From positions 3,627 through 67,626 of the forward strand of contig JAWLBL010000015.1 in NCBI GenBank assembly GCA_041687695.1: DNA of 64,000 bases. Direction: 5' to 3'. A program made the translations under genes and the position numbers. The notes beneath the pieces were generated by a model. The model saw only the letters and a list, made by a program, of their open reading frames with translations. It searched no databases and was not told the DNA's origin. Of this stretch, positions 1 through 9,931 are shown piece by piece (the first letter of the stretch is position 1; every line of letters begins with the position of its first letter). Source of the DNA: Myxococcota bacterium. GTDB taxonomy: Bacteria; Myxococcota_A; UBA9042; PHBI01; JAWLBL01.

Positions 1-204
1 GTAGGTGCAGGGCTCGGAGGAGGCGACGGCGCCGCTCTGGCACAGGACGAGGTCATCGCCGTCGCACCAGTAGCCGCTGGCCTTGCCGTTGCAGAAGTCC
101 GCCGCCTCGGCGCCCTGGCCCTGCAGAGTCGTGACGAGGCCGACGATGCCGGCGAAGAGCCAGCGTGCATATCTCGAACCGCTTCTTGGTGTAGCCCTCG
201 ACAT
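1..204 (-). CDS. Secreted Cys-rich protein, N-terminal part (runs off the window edge)
   Basis: Manual translation from ATG at 204: MSRATPRSGSRYARWLFAGIVGLVTTLQGQGAEAADFCNGKASGYWCDGDDLVLCQSG...; signal-peptide-like N-terminus; GGGAGAG upstream; no stop before base 1. Confidence 0.7.
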   Translation of the reverse strand, partial: MSRATPRSGSRYARWLFAGIVGLVTTLQGQGAEAADFCNGKASGYWCDGDDLVLCQSGAVASSEPCTY

Positions 205-312
205 GGCTGTCTCTCCCAGAGTCCGTGACCGACATTCGCAGGATCGCGTCCGGCGACATGAGCACTGCAGGGCAGGAATGTCCAGCGGTGAATGGACTCT
301 GGGGTTACCGAC

Positions 313-2067
313 TCAGTAGCCGTCCAGGATGAAGTGGTGCAGATCATGCTCGTCGTAGATCGGTTCGCCCTCGTCGGGCAGTGTGCTCCACATGTTGTCG
401 CGTTTACCGAAAGCGTGGAAAGGGCTGCGGTGTCGATAGAGCCTCTTGGTGTTCGGCATGACATGGCCAGCCTCGGCCGGCGAGTAGCCTAGCCGAGTGC
501 AGGTGAAGCCTGGCAGCGCGTCGTAGTCCCTGAACTCGCCGCCCTCCTCGCCCAATAGCAGCGTGAACCGACTGCCGACCGTGGCGCCCGTACACTGACT
601 CACGGCCTCGAGGACGAGCCCGCCCCACAGCTCGATGGTCGCGCCACCATCCCTGATCGTGCAGCCGTCGCTCGGCGCGAACGCTCCCGTGCACACATCG
701 ATCGGATACAGGGCGATCCAGAAGGGTTCCGTATCCCACCCGGGGATCGGCGCTGCCGAGAACCGGTGCTCCCAGTCGCCCTCAGTCCAGGCTTTGAAAT
801 ACCGTCGATAGACGACGTGACCGACGTCATCGTGCGTCCCGTCGCAGTCGTTGTCCCGGATGTCCCAGACCTCTTCGGAGCCGGGGTGGATGAAGCGATC
901 ATTGTCATGGCCGGGACAGTCGAAAGGCGGACAATTGGCGTAGAAGCCGTCGCCGTCGGCGTCGACGCAGGGATCGGTGCACTCGCCCTCTGGGCATCGC
1001 GCGGGCGGCAGGTCCTCACAGCTCGTCGATCCCTCGGGACACATGCAGGCGCCTCCGTGGCACTCGCGCCCGCCGCCGCACGGCGCACCGTCGGCCACGG
1101 GCGTGTGGGTACAGGCCTCGTCGACGCAGCCGTCTGCGGTGCAGGGATCCCCATCGTCGCAACCGGTTACGACCGCGCCCGGCCTCCCGCACGCGTCGAA
1201 GCCGACGAGTTGACCATCCACGCAGCGCACCTCGGCGTCCGGTGCGCAGCCGCAAGCCGCCTGCGCATCGGGGACACGCATCCAGCCGATGGCCCCCTGG
1301 ATCGTGTGGATACCGCCCGAGACCTGAAGCTCATACAAGTGCGTCCCATCGTGGACGTTCTGCTCGATCACCGAAACAGCCCAGCGTGAGCCCCAGCTGA
1401 GCACGTCCTTCACGACCGCGACGTGTCCCCACTCGCCCACGTCGAAGACGAGTAGATCACCGGCGCGCGGTGGGACGGCGGTCTTGCGGCTCTTGAAGCG
1501 CTGCAAACCTCCCAGCACCGGATGGGCCGTGTCGGTGAACCAGGTTCGGGCGGAGCCATAGGGTTCGGCCAGCGAGTCACACAGCTCGTAGTGCTGACAC
1601 AGGAAGCGGTAGGCCAGCTCGGTGGACTGATAATGGATGCCGAAGGGCCCGCTGAGGTTCGCGGCCTGTGAGGGCACCGGCCCGTTCTGATGGGCGGTCA
1701 CGCCGCAAAAGCTGTCGATGACGGCGCCGATCTCGGGGGGCTCGGAAGGGGGCGGGACCACGGTGACCATCCCCATGGCGATCAGCTCGTCCGCCGAGGG
1801 GCCCGCGGTGAAGCCGGCGGGCGGCACGCAGCCGCCGTCCCGACAGGCCCAGCCCACCGAGCACTCCTCATCGGCGCCGCACTCCGGCCCAGGCGTCGCA
1901 TCGGACCCGGCGTTGTCGCCGTCATCGCTCTCGGCCTCGCCTTCCGAATCATGTCCCGGGCGGCCGGAGTCGCGCTCGGCCTCCGACCCGAGGCTCCCGC
2001 ATCCCATTCCCCAGAGGCTGCACGCCACCAGGACTGCCCGCCATCGGCCTCTGTTCATCGCGACCAC
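313..2067 (-). CDS. Cys-rich lipoprotein with a CHAP-like (Gsp amidase-type) domain and Cys/Asp-rich metal-binding repeats
   Basis: Lipobox-like WGMGC; YQSTELAYRF...PRAGDLLVF..GEWGHVAVV...VIEQN matches the CHAP layout; CDDGDPCTADGC and DADGDGF..DC..IHPGSEEVWDIRDNDCDG repeats. Confidence 0.8.
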   Translation of the reverse strand: MVAMNRGRWRAVLVACSLWGMGCGSLGSEAERDSGRPGHDSEGEAESDDGDNAGSDATPGPECGADEECSVGWACRDGGCVPPAGFTAGPSADELIAMGMVTVVPPPSEPPEIGAVIDSFCGVTAHQNGPVPSQAANLSGPFGIHYQSTELAYRFLCQHYELCDSLAEPYGSARTWFTDTAHPVLGGLQRFKSRKTAVPPRAGDLLVFDVGEWGHVAVVKDVLSWGSRWAVSVIEQNVHDGTHLYELQVSGGIHTIQGAIGWMRVPDAQAACGCAPDAEVRCVDGQLVGFDACGRPGAVVTGCDDGDPCTADGCVDEACTHTPVADGAPCGGGRECHGGACMCPEGSTSCEDLPPARCPEGECTDPCVDADGDGFYANCPPFDCPGHDNDRFIHPGSEEVWDIRDNDCDGTHDDVGHVVYRRYFKAWTEGDWEHRFSAAPIPGWDTEPFWIALYPIDVCTGAFAPSDGCTIRDGGATIELWGGLVLEAVSQCTGATVGSRFTLLLGEEGGEFRDYDALPGFTCTRLGYSPAEAGHVMPNTKRLYRHRSPFHAFGKRDNMWSTLPDEGEPIYDEHDLHHFILDGY

Positions 2068-2217
2068 TCGCTGTCTCCCCGGTCCCGTCCACCGTCAGGG
2101 CCAGCGTGACACGACTCGCGCTCGTCGAGAATGGCTCGCGGTTACTTCGTCGACGACGACCAACCGGGCCCGGTGGTCGGGTCCGCGGGGCCCCCGGATT
2201 TCGCGCCCCACCGGCGG

Positions 2218-2934
2218 TCAAGGGGACCGGGGCGGAGACGCCGTCCTCGTCCGTCGTCCCACGGCGAGGAGCACGTCGAGTGTCAAGGCGGTGGTCAGCC
2301 CGTCGAGCGCGGCCCGGAAGAGGTGCTCGTGGGCGGCGATCCAGGCGTCGCGGAGCGCGGGGGTTACCGCCCGGGCGGTGCAAACTTCGCCCTGGGCGGC
2401 GAAGGCGCTCGGGCTTCCCGTGACATCGACCTGGGCCGACCACACCGGCCCCAGCGCAGTCGGCGAAGTGAACGAGAAGGTGACCTGCCCCGCCGGCGTC
2501 AGGGTCACGGTGCAGGTTGTCACGGCGTGGTCTCCCCTGGGGACGTTCAACGCGCGTCGCATCCGCCGGTCGGTGATGCCATAGCGCACCTGGATGTCGA
2601 GCGCGGTGTGTAACGTGAGGACCGGACTCGATTGAGGAGGCACCACGGCCAGACCAAGGCGGCTCAAGACGCCCCGAACGCTCGCGTGAACGGCACCCAC
2701 GAGCCCCGACACGACGTCATCGTGCCGGAGGGCGTTCCAGTAGCGCTCGCCGTCGCCAACGAACACCGGGGGCAGCGATGTCACCGTCAATGAGGTCTCG
2801 GCGGAGGGCGCGATCACCGGTTCGTAGCGGTAGTCTGGCTGGCGCTCCGAATCCTTGGAGGCCGCGGTTGCGCAGCCCGACGCGAGCGCGAGCGATCCGC
2901 AGAGGGTGAGCAGGCTGGCCAGGGCGATGCGCAC
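2218..2934 (-). CDS. Hypothetical lipoprotein
   Basis: Hydrophobic N-terminus with lipobox LASGC; co-oriented with the cluster. Confidence 0.7.
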   Translation of the reverse strand: MRIALASLLTLCGSLALASGCATAASKDSERQPDYRYEPVIAPSAETSLTVTSLPPVFVGDGERYWNALRHDDVVSGLVGAVHASVRGVLSRLGLAVVPPQSSPVLTLHTALDIQVRYGITDRRMRRALNVPRGDHAVTTCTVTLTPAGQVTFSFTSPTALGPVWSAQVDVTGSPSAFAAQGEVCTARAVTPALRDAWIAAHEHLFRAALDGLTTALTLDVLLAVGRRTRTASPPRSP

Positions 2935-3030
2935 GGCTCTCCGCCTTCGAGGTCGGCCGCCGAAATGACGAGCCCATCACGAGCATCCCGACGACGCCGA
3001 GAGTAAACGGCCGTCCGGAAGAATCGTCGC

Positions 3031-4929
3031 TCAGGGGGCGCAGGGATCGGCCACCTCGATGGCGGCCCAGACCAGCGTGCCGATCATGTCGTTGCCGTCT
3101 ACGGAGGCCGTGAAGGCCATCCGGCCCCCGCCGGCGTTGTACAGCGCCCATTGGTCGAGGTGCCTGCTGCCCGGCTCGGGTGGAGCGGTGAACGCCGCTG
3201 CGAAGCGGTAGCTCTCGCCGGGCGCTACGGTCCCGCGCACCGGAACCGTTCGGACGATGCCCATGTGCCCGGAGAACTGGGCCATGCGCCACCGCTCATC
3301 CCAAGTGACGACACCGGCGTTGCGGAACACCCAGGTCTTGATGAACGGCTCGCCTGGCGCCACGCGCGTCCAGTCGGGCAGGTTCTCGGCCAGATACTCG
3401 GCGTAGTCGAGTCCCACGACGTGAATGCGGGTGCGGACCTCGGCCGCGCCTGAGACCGGCACGACGATGCCGGCGTCGTCGACCAGCTCCCAGCGGCCGT
3501 TGAAGCCGCCCACTACCCCAAGGGGGATGGCCGAGGGGGCGCTGACGAGCCAGGTCTCGCCGGGGGCGACGGGGCCGTCGGGGGAGGCCGAGAACTGTCC
3601 GTCGAGTGCCAGGCCACCGAAGGTGTGGCGAAATCGCCAGGCCGTGGTCCAGGTCGTCTGGCCATCGTTGCGCAAGGTGAACGTCTGGTTGAAGGCCGTG
3701 CCCGGCTCGAGCCGGGCGCGCAGGGCCGGCACCATGGCGATCAGCTCGGCCGACCTGGGGGTCTCGACGTCGATCTTGCTCCCCACCTCGATGAGCGGCG
3801 TGGCCTCATCCGTGTCAGCGACGAGCGCCCACTTCTCGACCAGATCGACGCCGAGGTCGGGTGGTTCGAGAACGACCTCGAGCGTGATCCGCTCGCCGGG
3901 CGCCACTGGCGCCATCAGCGGCACGCGATCGGTCGTGGCCAGGTCCCCGGCGGTGCGGATGAGTTGGTAGTCGGTGCTCCATATGCGGGTCCCGGTGTTC
4001 TGTAGGGTCCAGGCCTGCGGGACCAGACTCCCTGGGGTCAGCACCGCGTCCTCTGGGACGAGCTGGTCGAGCAAAGAGGCCTCGTCATGCTCGGGGCACT
4101 CTGGCAAGACGCAGCTCGGAGGTGGCGCCGTCGCGCAAGCGTCCGCCGCGTAGGCGAGGTAGGTGTGCTGGGGCTGGCAGCGGGCCTCGGCAGGGGCATC
4201 GTCCAGAATGGAATGGAAGTGCCCTCCCAGGGGACGGAGCACGCCGAGTGGCGTCCAGTGGCGCCATAACTGACACGAGTTCGCCCAGGGTGTTGACGGT
4301 GGGGCCTGGGCCGAGACGGAGATCGCATGACCAAGGGTGAGCGAGCAGTCGTAGCCCAGCGCCTCTCGCGCGACGAGCTCGTCGTCTTCAAGGTGCACCG
4401 GGATCTCGCCCCGCGCCACCATGGCCGCGGCTCGCTGAGGGTCGACGGGCCGCGTGGGCGGCCCCTGTGCGGGCACCAGGACGTGGTCGTGCTCGAGCGA
4501 GCACTGGCGCAACTCGACCGTGTCGGTCCAGGGAGCGCTGGCGAGGACGAAGGCCTCGCGATCGGCGGTCGGTCGATAGCCGGCGCACGTCGACGGAGGC
4601 TCTTCCGGATGTGGGCCGAGGCAGAAGGCCCCAGTCGTGGGGTCGGTGAAGCGATGGATGTGTGTCCAACAGGCCGCTGGATCGTCGACGACCCCGTTGC
4701 CATCGTCGTCGACGCCATTGCACGGATCTTCGCTGAGGTCTACGCACATGGGACGGTCGGCGGCCCGCTCGTCGAAGACGCAGAGGCCGTTGGCGCAGCG
4801 GGCGCATGGGTCGCAGTCATCGTCATCGAAGCACTCGGCCGACGCGCTGCCTGGTTCCGCGGCGCAACCGACGCACGTCACCGCGGCCGCTAGCAGCGCC
4901 ATACCCCGCCATGGATGGCCCCTGCTCAT
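3031..4929 (-). CDS. Lipoprotein with three tandem NBR1-like Ig (Nbr1 FW) domains
   Basis: Start MSRGHPW at 4929, just after the upstream stop; lipobox CVGC; three repeats PGSLVPQAWTLQNTGTRIW / PGTAFNQTFTLRNDGQTTW / PGEPFIKTWVFRNAGVVTW, each followed by VAPGE. Confidence 0.8.
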   Translation of the reverse strand: MSRGHPWRGMALLAAAVTCVGCAAEPGSASAECFDDDDCDPCARCANGLCVFDERAADRPMCVDLSEDPCNGVDDDGNGVVDDPAACWTHIHRFTDPTTGAFCLGPHPEEPPSTCAGYRPTADREAFVLASAPWTDTVELRQCSLEHDHVLVPAQGPPTRPVDPQRAAAMVARGEIPVHLEDDELVAREALGYDCSLTLGHAISVSAQAPPSTPWANSCQLWRHWTPLGVLRPLGGHFHSILDDAPAEARCQPQHTYLAYAADACATAPPPSCVLPECPEHDEASLLDQLVPEDAVLTPGSLVPQAWTLQNTGTRIWSTDYQLIRTAGDLATTDRVPLMAPVAPGERITLEVVLEPPDLGVDLVEKWALVADTDEATPLIEVGSKIDVETPRSAELIAMVPALRARLEPGTAFNQTFTLRNDGQTTWTTAWRFRHTFGGLALDGQFSASPDGPVAPGETWLVSAPSAIPLGVVGGFNGRWELVDDAGIVVPVSGAAEVRTRIHVVGLDYAEYLAENLPDWTRVAPGEPFIKTWVFRNAGVVTWDERWRMAQFSGHMGIVRTVPVRGTVAPGESYRFAAAFTAPPEPGSRHLDQWALYNAGGGRMAFTASVDGNDMIGTLVWAAIEVADPCAP

Positions 4930-4931
4930 GC

Positions 4932-6569
4932 TCAGAACAACCTCGCGAGCACCCCAGCGCCGATGCCGCCGTAGGGACGCCACAGGGGCCCGGCGCCCAT
5001 GCCGACACCCAGCCCACGGCGCGCGCCCACCTTGACCGTGGCCTGCAGCACCCATCGCTCGTCGAGCGCGAGTGCGCCGCCTGTCGCCGCGAAGCCTCCG
5101 AAGGACCAGCCTCCGCGTTGCGCGTCGTCGTCATAGCGCTGCCACAGGGCGCCTCCCTCGACGCCGAGCAGCGTAGTGAGCCGGGCGCGGGCGAGATCCC
5201 AGCCATAGCCTCCAGCGCCGCGGAGCTGGAGGCCTTGGACCTCGTAGCCCCACCCGCCGAAGCGGCGCCGATCGACGCCGTAGGCGACGCCGATGTCCCC
5301 TACCCAGGCGCCCACGTCGACCCGCGTCGAGAGCGCGACGAGGTGCCGAGGAGCGACCTGAACGTCTGTGGCCTCGGAGAGCTCGTAGCCGACGCCCGCG
5401 AACATCGTGACGCCGTCATCCTCCGTGACGGCCACGAAGTCGTCGCCCCTGCCCTTGCTCCACAGCGTTCGGTGGACACGGCCGAAGGGCGAGGGCGGAG
5501 CCGCGGCCGGCTCTTCGTCCAGGTAGACCGTCTGTCCTGGCGCGAACGTGAGCTGCCTTCGACTCTGCTCGCGGCCGCCCTTGGTGACGACCAACTCGGA
5601 CCGGCCGGGGAAGACACGCACCACCTCGCTGGTGCCGCGGGCTTTGTCGAACGTGATGACCGGCTGGCCATCGTAGTGGAGCGCGAACTGCCCCTCGGTC
5701 GCCTGACCCAGCATGAGGCTGGCGGAAGCCGGCCGAGTGAAGCTGAGGTAGACGGGGCCGTCGGCCTCGAAGTGGTTCACGATCCTGGGGTGCTGAGAGC
5801 GGCCCCGGCCGGCCGTGTAGCGGACCGTGCGCTCGCGCGCGTAGAGCCAGATGCTGTCGACGGTGATGCCCAGGCCGCGCGACGGCGCCTTCTCGAGCGC
5901 CTCGATGAAGAAGTGCGTGAAGACGCCCCCGAGCTGCGGGTCTTCGTAGCTGTCCTCGCCGGCGCCCGAGGACAGGAACCACACGCTGCCTTTGGCGTGC
6001 AGGATCTCCTTGGGCATCTCGGAGAAGAGGTTGACGCCGGGTGTCGCCTTGAGCCCCTTGGCCAGCAGCCGGCGCGGATCGAGCGTCCCGCTGTGGCAGG
6101 CGTCGACCATGCCGACGGACAGGTCGGCCTGCATTTGCCTGAAGACTCCGGCCAGCCCGTTGGCCGACAACCGCCCGTCGGCGAGCAGCAAGCCATCGGG
6201 CCGGCCGTGGCCGGTGAAGAAGAAGGCGAAGAGCACCTGCGCGTTGGGGACCCGGGCGCGGTCGTGGGCGATCTGGCTCGCGAGCGCGTCGGCGGCACGC
6301 GACAGCTCGGCCCTGGTGGCGTCGAGGAGCAGGACCGTCCGCGTGCTGGAAGGGTGGAAGTTGCTGCGCGAGACGAGCACCTCCCGGAGCCGGGCGGCCT
6401 CGGTCTGCGCGTGCAGGAGGGGAGGGAGCGCGTCCGCGTCGGAATCGACCGCGGTGTTGTTGCCCACGATGAGCGCGTAACGCAGCAGCGCCGCATGCAC
6501 CGGGGCGGTGACGGCGAGCACCGAACCGACGACGGCGGCAAGCGCCAGGATTCGCCAGAGCCGATCCAA
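4932..6569 (-). CDS. Exported caspase-like peptidase (C14) with a C-terminal outer-membrane beta-barrel-like region
   Basis: Signal peptide, RYALIVGNN, catalytic dyad FFFTGHG / MVDACHSG, GGVFTHF; amphipathic strands ending in Phe (VLARLF). Start (TTG 6569) is approximate. Confidence 0.85.
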   Translation of the reverse strand: MDRLWRILALAAVVGSVLAVTAPVHAALLRYALIVGNNTAVDSDADALPPLLHAQTEAARLREVLVSRSNFHPSSTRTVLLLDATRAELSRAADALASQIAHDRARVPNAQVLFAFFFTGHGRPDGLLLADGRLSANGLAGVFRQMQADLSVGMVDACHSGTLDPRRLLAKGLKATPGVNLFSEMPKEILHAKGSVWFLSSGAGEDSYEDPQLGGVFTHFFIEALEKAPSRGLGITVDSIWLYARERTVRYTAGRGRSQHPRIVNHFEADGPVYLSFTRPASASLMLGQATEGQFALHYDGQPVITFDKARGTSEVVRVFPGRSELVVTKGGREQSRRQLTFAPGQTVYLDEEPAAAPPSPFGRVHRTLWSKGRGDDFVAVTEDDGVTMFAGVGYELSEATDVQVAPRHLVALSTRVDVGAWVGDIGVAYGVDRRRFGGWGYEVQGLQLRGAGGYGWDLARARLTTLLGVEGGALWQRYDDDAQRGGWSFGGFAATGGALALDERWVLQATVKVGARRGLGVGMGAGPLWRPYGGIGAGVLARLF

Positions 6570-6591
6570 GCGGGCCGGGGCGAGCGCGGGT

Positions 6592-7497
6592 TCAGCGTCG
6601 CAGGGGGAAGATGGACACCGACCGCGCCCCCTCGATGGTCGGAGTCGATAGCGAACATTCGGAATCACTGGGCCTCTCCGCGGACCGAAGCAGGTCCTCG
6701 ACGAGTCTGGCCTGTATCGCCGCATCTGAAAAGACCGCCACGATCCATTCGCAGCGCTGGCCGTCACCGACGATCGCGCCGGAAGGGAGTGGGACCTGAT
6801 GGCCCGGCTCGATGGGGCCGCTGGCGGCGCCTTCGGCCGGGTGAAGGACGGCCATCGTCCCCTCGGCGTCGAGCCCGACCACGAGGAGATGGCCTGGCCG
6901 GGTCGCGTGATAGAACAGGCCGAGCCGATCGCCCGTCTCCACGCGATCGTGAGGCGACGCCGCGAATCGCAGGCCGTCCCGGGCGATCGCGACCTCGAGC
7001 CGTTCGGTTTCCTGCGCCGCTTCACCGCCGGCGCTGGCCGCCGTCCCGCCTTTGGGCAGCAGCGCGGCCCCAGGCTCGCCTTCCCCAAGCCGCGGCCCCG
7101 ACTGGGTGCGGTCGACGATCAAGGATGTCGCCCCAATCAGCATCAGCGCCGCCGCGATCGCCAGCCAGCGGGTGAGGGCCGCGTCGCGGCGTCGCGGCCG
7201 CGGCCGTAGAGGGACGAGCCGGGCCGAGCTTGAGGCGGCACCGTCAGTCGCGGGAGCTTGGGGTTCACCGTCAGCCAACTCGACGGCGATCTCGTAGGCC
7301 AGACGGCAAGCTTCACACGCCATCCGATGCTCGGCGGCCCGGCGCCGCGTCTCGTCGTCGAGGGTGGCCCCCGTGGGGTCACCGAGCAGCTCGGAGAGTC
7401 GGCCGAGCTCCAAGCAAGTCTCCAGCGCCTGCTCGTCGAAGTGCTGTTTCAGCAAGGGCCCGAGCGGCGGCTCGAGCCTGCGGAGATCACGGGTCAT
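6592..7497 (-). CDS. Zinc-binding transmembrane anti-sigma factor with a DUF4384-like extracytoplasmic domain
   Basis: HRMACEAC (HxxxCxxC ZAS motif), TM helix WLAIAAALMLIGATSLIV, PKGG...GDRLGLFY domain; overlaps the ECF gene stop. Confidence 0.8.
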   Translation of the reverse strand: MTRDLRRLEPPLGPLLKQHFDEQALETCLELGRLSELLGDPTGATLDDETRRRAAEHRMACEACRLAYEIAVELADGEPQAPATDGAASSSARLVPLRPRPRRRDAALTRWLAIAAALMLIGATSLIVDRTQSGPRLGEGEPGAALLPKGGTAASAGGEAAQETERLEVAIARDGLRFAASPHDRVETGDRLGLFYHATRPGHLLVVGLDAEGTMAVLHPAEGAASGPIEPGHQVPLPSGAIVGDGQRCEWIVAVFSDAAIQARLVEDLLRSAERPSDSECSLSTPTIEGARSVSIFPLRR

Positions 7498-8113
7498 GGG
7501 GCACCTTCTTCCGGCGCGTCTTCTCGCCGGGCGGGACGCCGAGCCAGGCCCGGAGCCGGTTCATCAGCTTGTCGTGGCGCTGCCCGACGTTCTGCTTGGA
7601 ACATCCGAGCGCCCGCGCGACGTCGGCCTTCTTCAGGCCTTCCCAGTACACGAGCCGCAGGATCTCGCGCTCTTCATCGGTCAACTCTTCGAGGCCCTGG
7701 CTCAATTGTTCCAGCATCTGTCTCTGCAACGCTACGGCCTCGGGGTTCCAGCGCTCGGGTGGGGGGCGCTGCGTGTACGGCGACGACTCGACCACCTCGG
7801 GGGAGAGCGAGTTGTGGCGATGCTGCCGAGCCGCGAACTTGCTGGCGCGGGTGAGCGCCATGGAATGAAGGTAGCCGGGAAAGGTCTTCATCACGCTGTC
7901 GCGGTGCACGTACTTGCCGAGAAACAGCAGCGAGACCTCGGAGGCGACCTCGTCGGCCGTGCCCTCGCAGTGGATGCTCCAGCGCCGCAGCATGCGCCCA
8001 CACAGCTCGCGGACCTTGGGATGGTGCTCGACCTGATAGCGCTCCCAGGCCTCAGGCCGCCCCTGCCTCAACGCGACCAGAAACTGCCGCCTGTCCTCGA
8101 CTTCGTCGTGCAT
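7487..8113 (-). CDS. ECF-type sigma-70 factor
   Basis: Region 2-like ADEVASEVSLLFL; region 4 LEELTDEEREILRLVYWEGLKKADVARALGCS. Confidence 0.88.
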   Translation of the reverse strand: MHDEVEDRRQFLVALRQGRPEAWERYQVEHHPKVRELCGRMLRRWSIHCEGTADEVASEVSLLFLGKYVHRDSVMKTFPGYLHSMALTRASKFAARQHRHNSLSPEVVESSPYTQRPPPERWNPEAVALQRQMLEQLSQGLEELTDEEREILRLVYWEGLKKADVARALGCSKQNVGQRHDKLMNRLRAWLGVPPGEKTRRKKVPHDP

Positions 8114-8719
8114 GGGCCCCGCTCTGCGTGTCGCCGTCCGTGACCCACGGGGGTCGCTGCCCTCACGAGAGACTCATCCTCGTGGGCCTCGAAAGTAAAC
8201 TCATCCGTGAACGGTAGGACGTGAGCGCCGGCGACTCCTCGACCGTGAACGGCCCGCGCTGTCTCACATGGGGGACGCACCAGGTCCTGGTGGAGTACGG
8301 CGCGGAACGTACGTCGTCACCTTCCGGGGGCTCGCAAGAAGTGCAGATGGCCGACGCGGGACAATCGCGACCGACGACGAGATGCCCGCGCACCATAGGC
8401 GGCCGATGATGGAGCGGGCCGACCGTATCAGCTCTGGTGCCGAAGTCCAGAACCTCTCTGGGAATGGACGTCCAGAGTCCTCGAGCACCGAGGGGCCCCG
8501 GCACCGAGGACGCCCGTCCAGGCCACCGTGTCCGCAGGGACGTTGTCTCGCACAGCCCGTCGGCTGCGCGTGATGGTCGCAGGAGGGGGGTGACTGGGCG
8601 CGTGTAGGGCGTGCGTCGCGCGACGCAAGAGATTGACTCGCCTGAGGCGACACCGTACAACAGCCGACATCGTGGTGATTTGGTCCGCTTGCCGCCACGT
8701 TAAACAAGGAGCTAAAGAG

Positions 8720-9873
8720 ATGGGTGAGATGTCGGTGCATCCCGAGCTGAGGGATGAGGCGTTGGTGCGTCGCGAGGTGGCGCGCGGCTTGGGTGAGCTG
8801 CTGGCGCGGTGGGGCGGCTCGGACGAGGCGCTGGCGCGGCGGTTGGGCTTCGAGGACGTGCCGCGCGGGGCGTTCCTGGTCGGTGCGTGGTCGCGGGGCG
8901 ACGAGGACCCGGACGAGGCGCAGGTCGCGCGGTTGTGCGACGCGGTGGGGGCCGAGGCGGCGCCCTGGGCGGAGGTGGTCCGGCGGCGACGGGCGGCGCG
9001 GCGGGCGCTGGAGGTCCGCTGGGACGAGCTGTCGAAGGCCGACGCGCGGGCGGAGCGCGCCGAATGGGAGAGCTTCTGGGGGTGCGTGCCGGAGTTGGCA
9101 CGCCTGGGGGGCGCGGCGCTGCGGCAGGCTGGGGTGTGGACGCTGCGGGGGCCCTGGCTGCGCGTCCTGGCGCGGTGGACGCATCTGCACCATGTCGCGC
9201 TGGGGCCGGTGGCCGAGGCGTGGGCGCGGGGTGAGCTGGTGGCGCCGTGCTCGCGCTGCCGGGGCGAGCTGTTCGTGACGGCGCTGAGGTGGGGCGCGGT
9301 CGAGGGGCGCTGCGTCTGCGACTCGGGGGTGGTGGTCGCGGGGGCGCACAGGACCTCCGGCGCGGTGGGGGCGGCCCTGCGGGCGTGTCTCGAGCAGACG
9401 GGGGCGCTGGGGGCCGAGCGTCTGGAGGACGCCGGCGTCTGGTGGGAGGCGGCGGCGGCGCTGGGGATGGACGTGCCGCCAGCGCGCATCGAGGACGGCC
9501 GCGGGCGGCTGCTGGGGGTTGGGAGTACGGGGCGCAGCGGCTCCTGCGGCCGGACGGGGCGGCGGTGGTGCTGCGGCGCGGTGAGGCGGTGCCGGGGTGG
9601 GATCGGGCGGGGAGGCTGGGGCGTCGGCCGGTGACGCTGTCGCTGAGCGGCGACGGGCGGAGGCTGGGGCGGGCGTTGACGGGGGCGACGCTGCACCGGG
9701 GGCAGGCGCTGGTGCTGGAGACGGGAGAGGGCGTGTGGTGCGGGTTCCCGGGGCACCTGCGGGACCCGCGGGACCGGGTGCGGGCGCGGTTCGAGCGGCG
9801 GGTGCCGGCGCGGGTGATGGCGTGGTTGGCCGGGGCGGGAGCGGGGGCGAGCGAAGGTGGGCCGGGGGACTGA
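8720..9873 (+). pseudogene. Hypothetical protein (HTH-like N-terminus, CxxC motif), probably frameshifted at a G5 run near 9514-9518
   Basis: AAGGAG RBS and ATG at 8720; the frame becomes R/G/C/W-rich after ...GRGRLLG, while the -1 frame reads GWEYGAQRLLRPDG...PGD* to 9873 with GC3-rich codons. Confidence 0.5.
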
Positions 9874-9931
9874 CAAGCGGCCGCGAGGTGGGTAGGCTGC
9901 GCGGCGTCCGAGGGTGGACCGGAGGTGGGTG

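Noticed and set aside
8680..8696. Sigma54 promoter upstream of 8720
   Set aside because: GG-N10-GC spacing is present but TGGCAC and TTGC consensus positions match poorly
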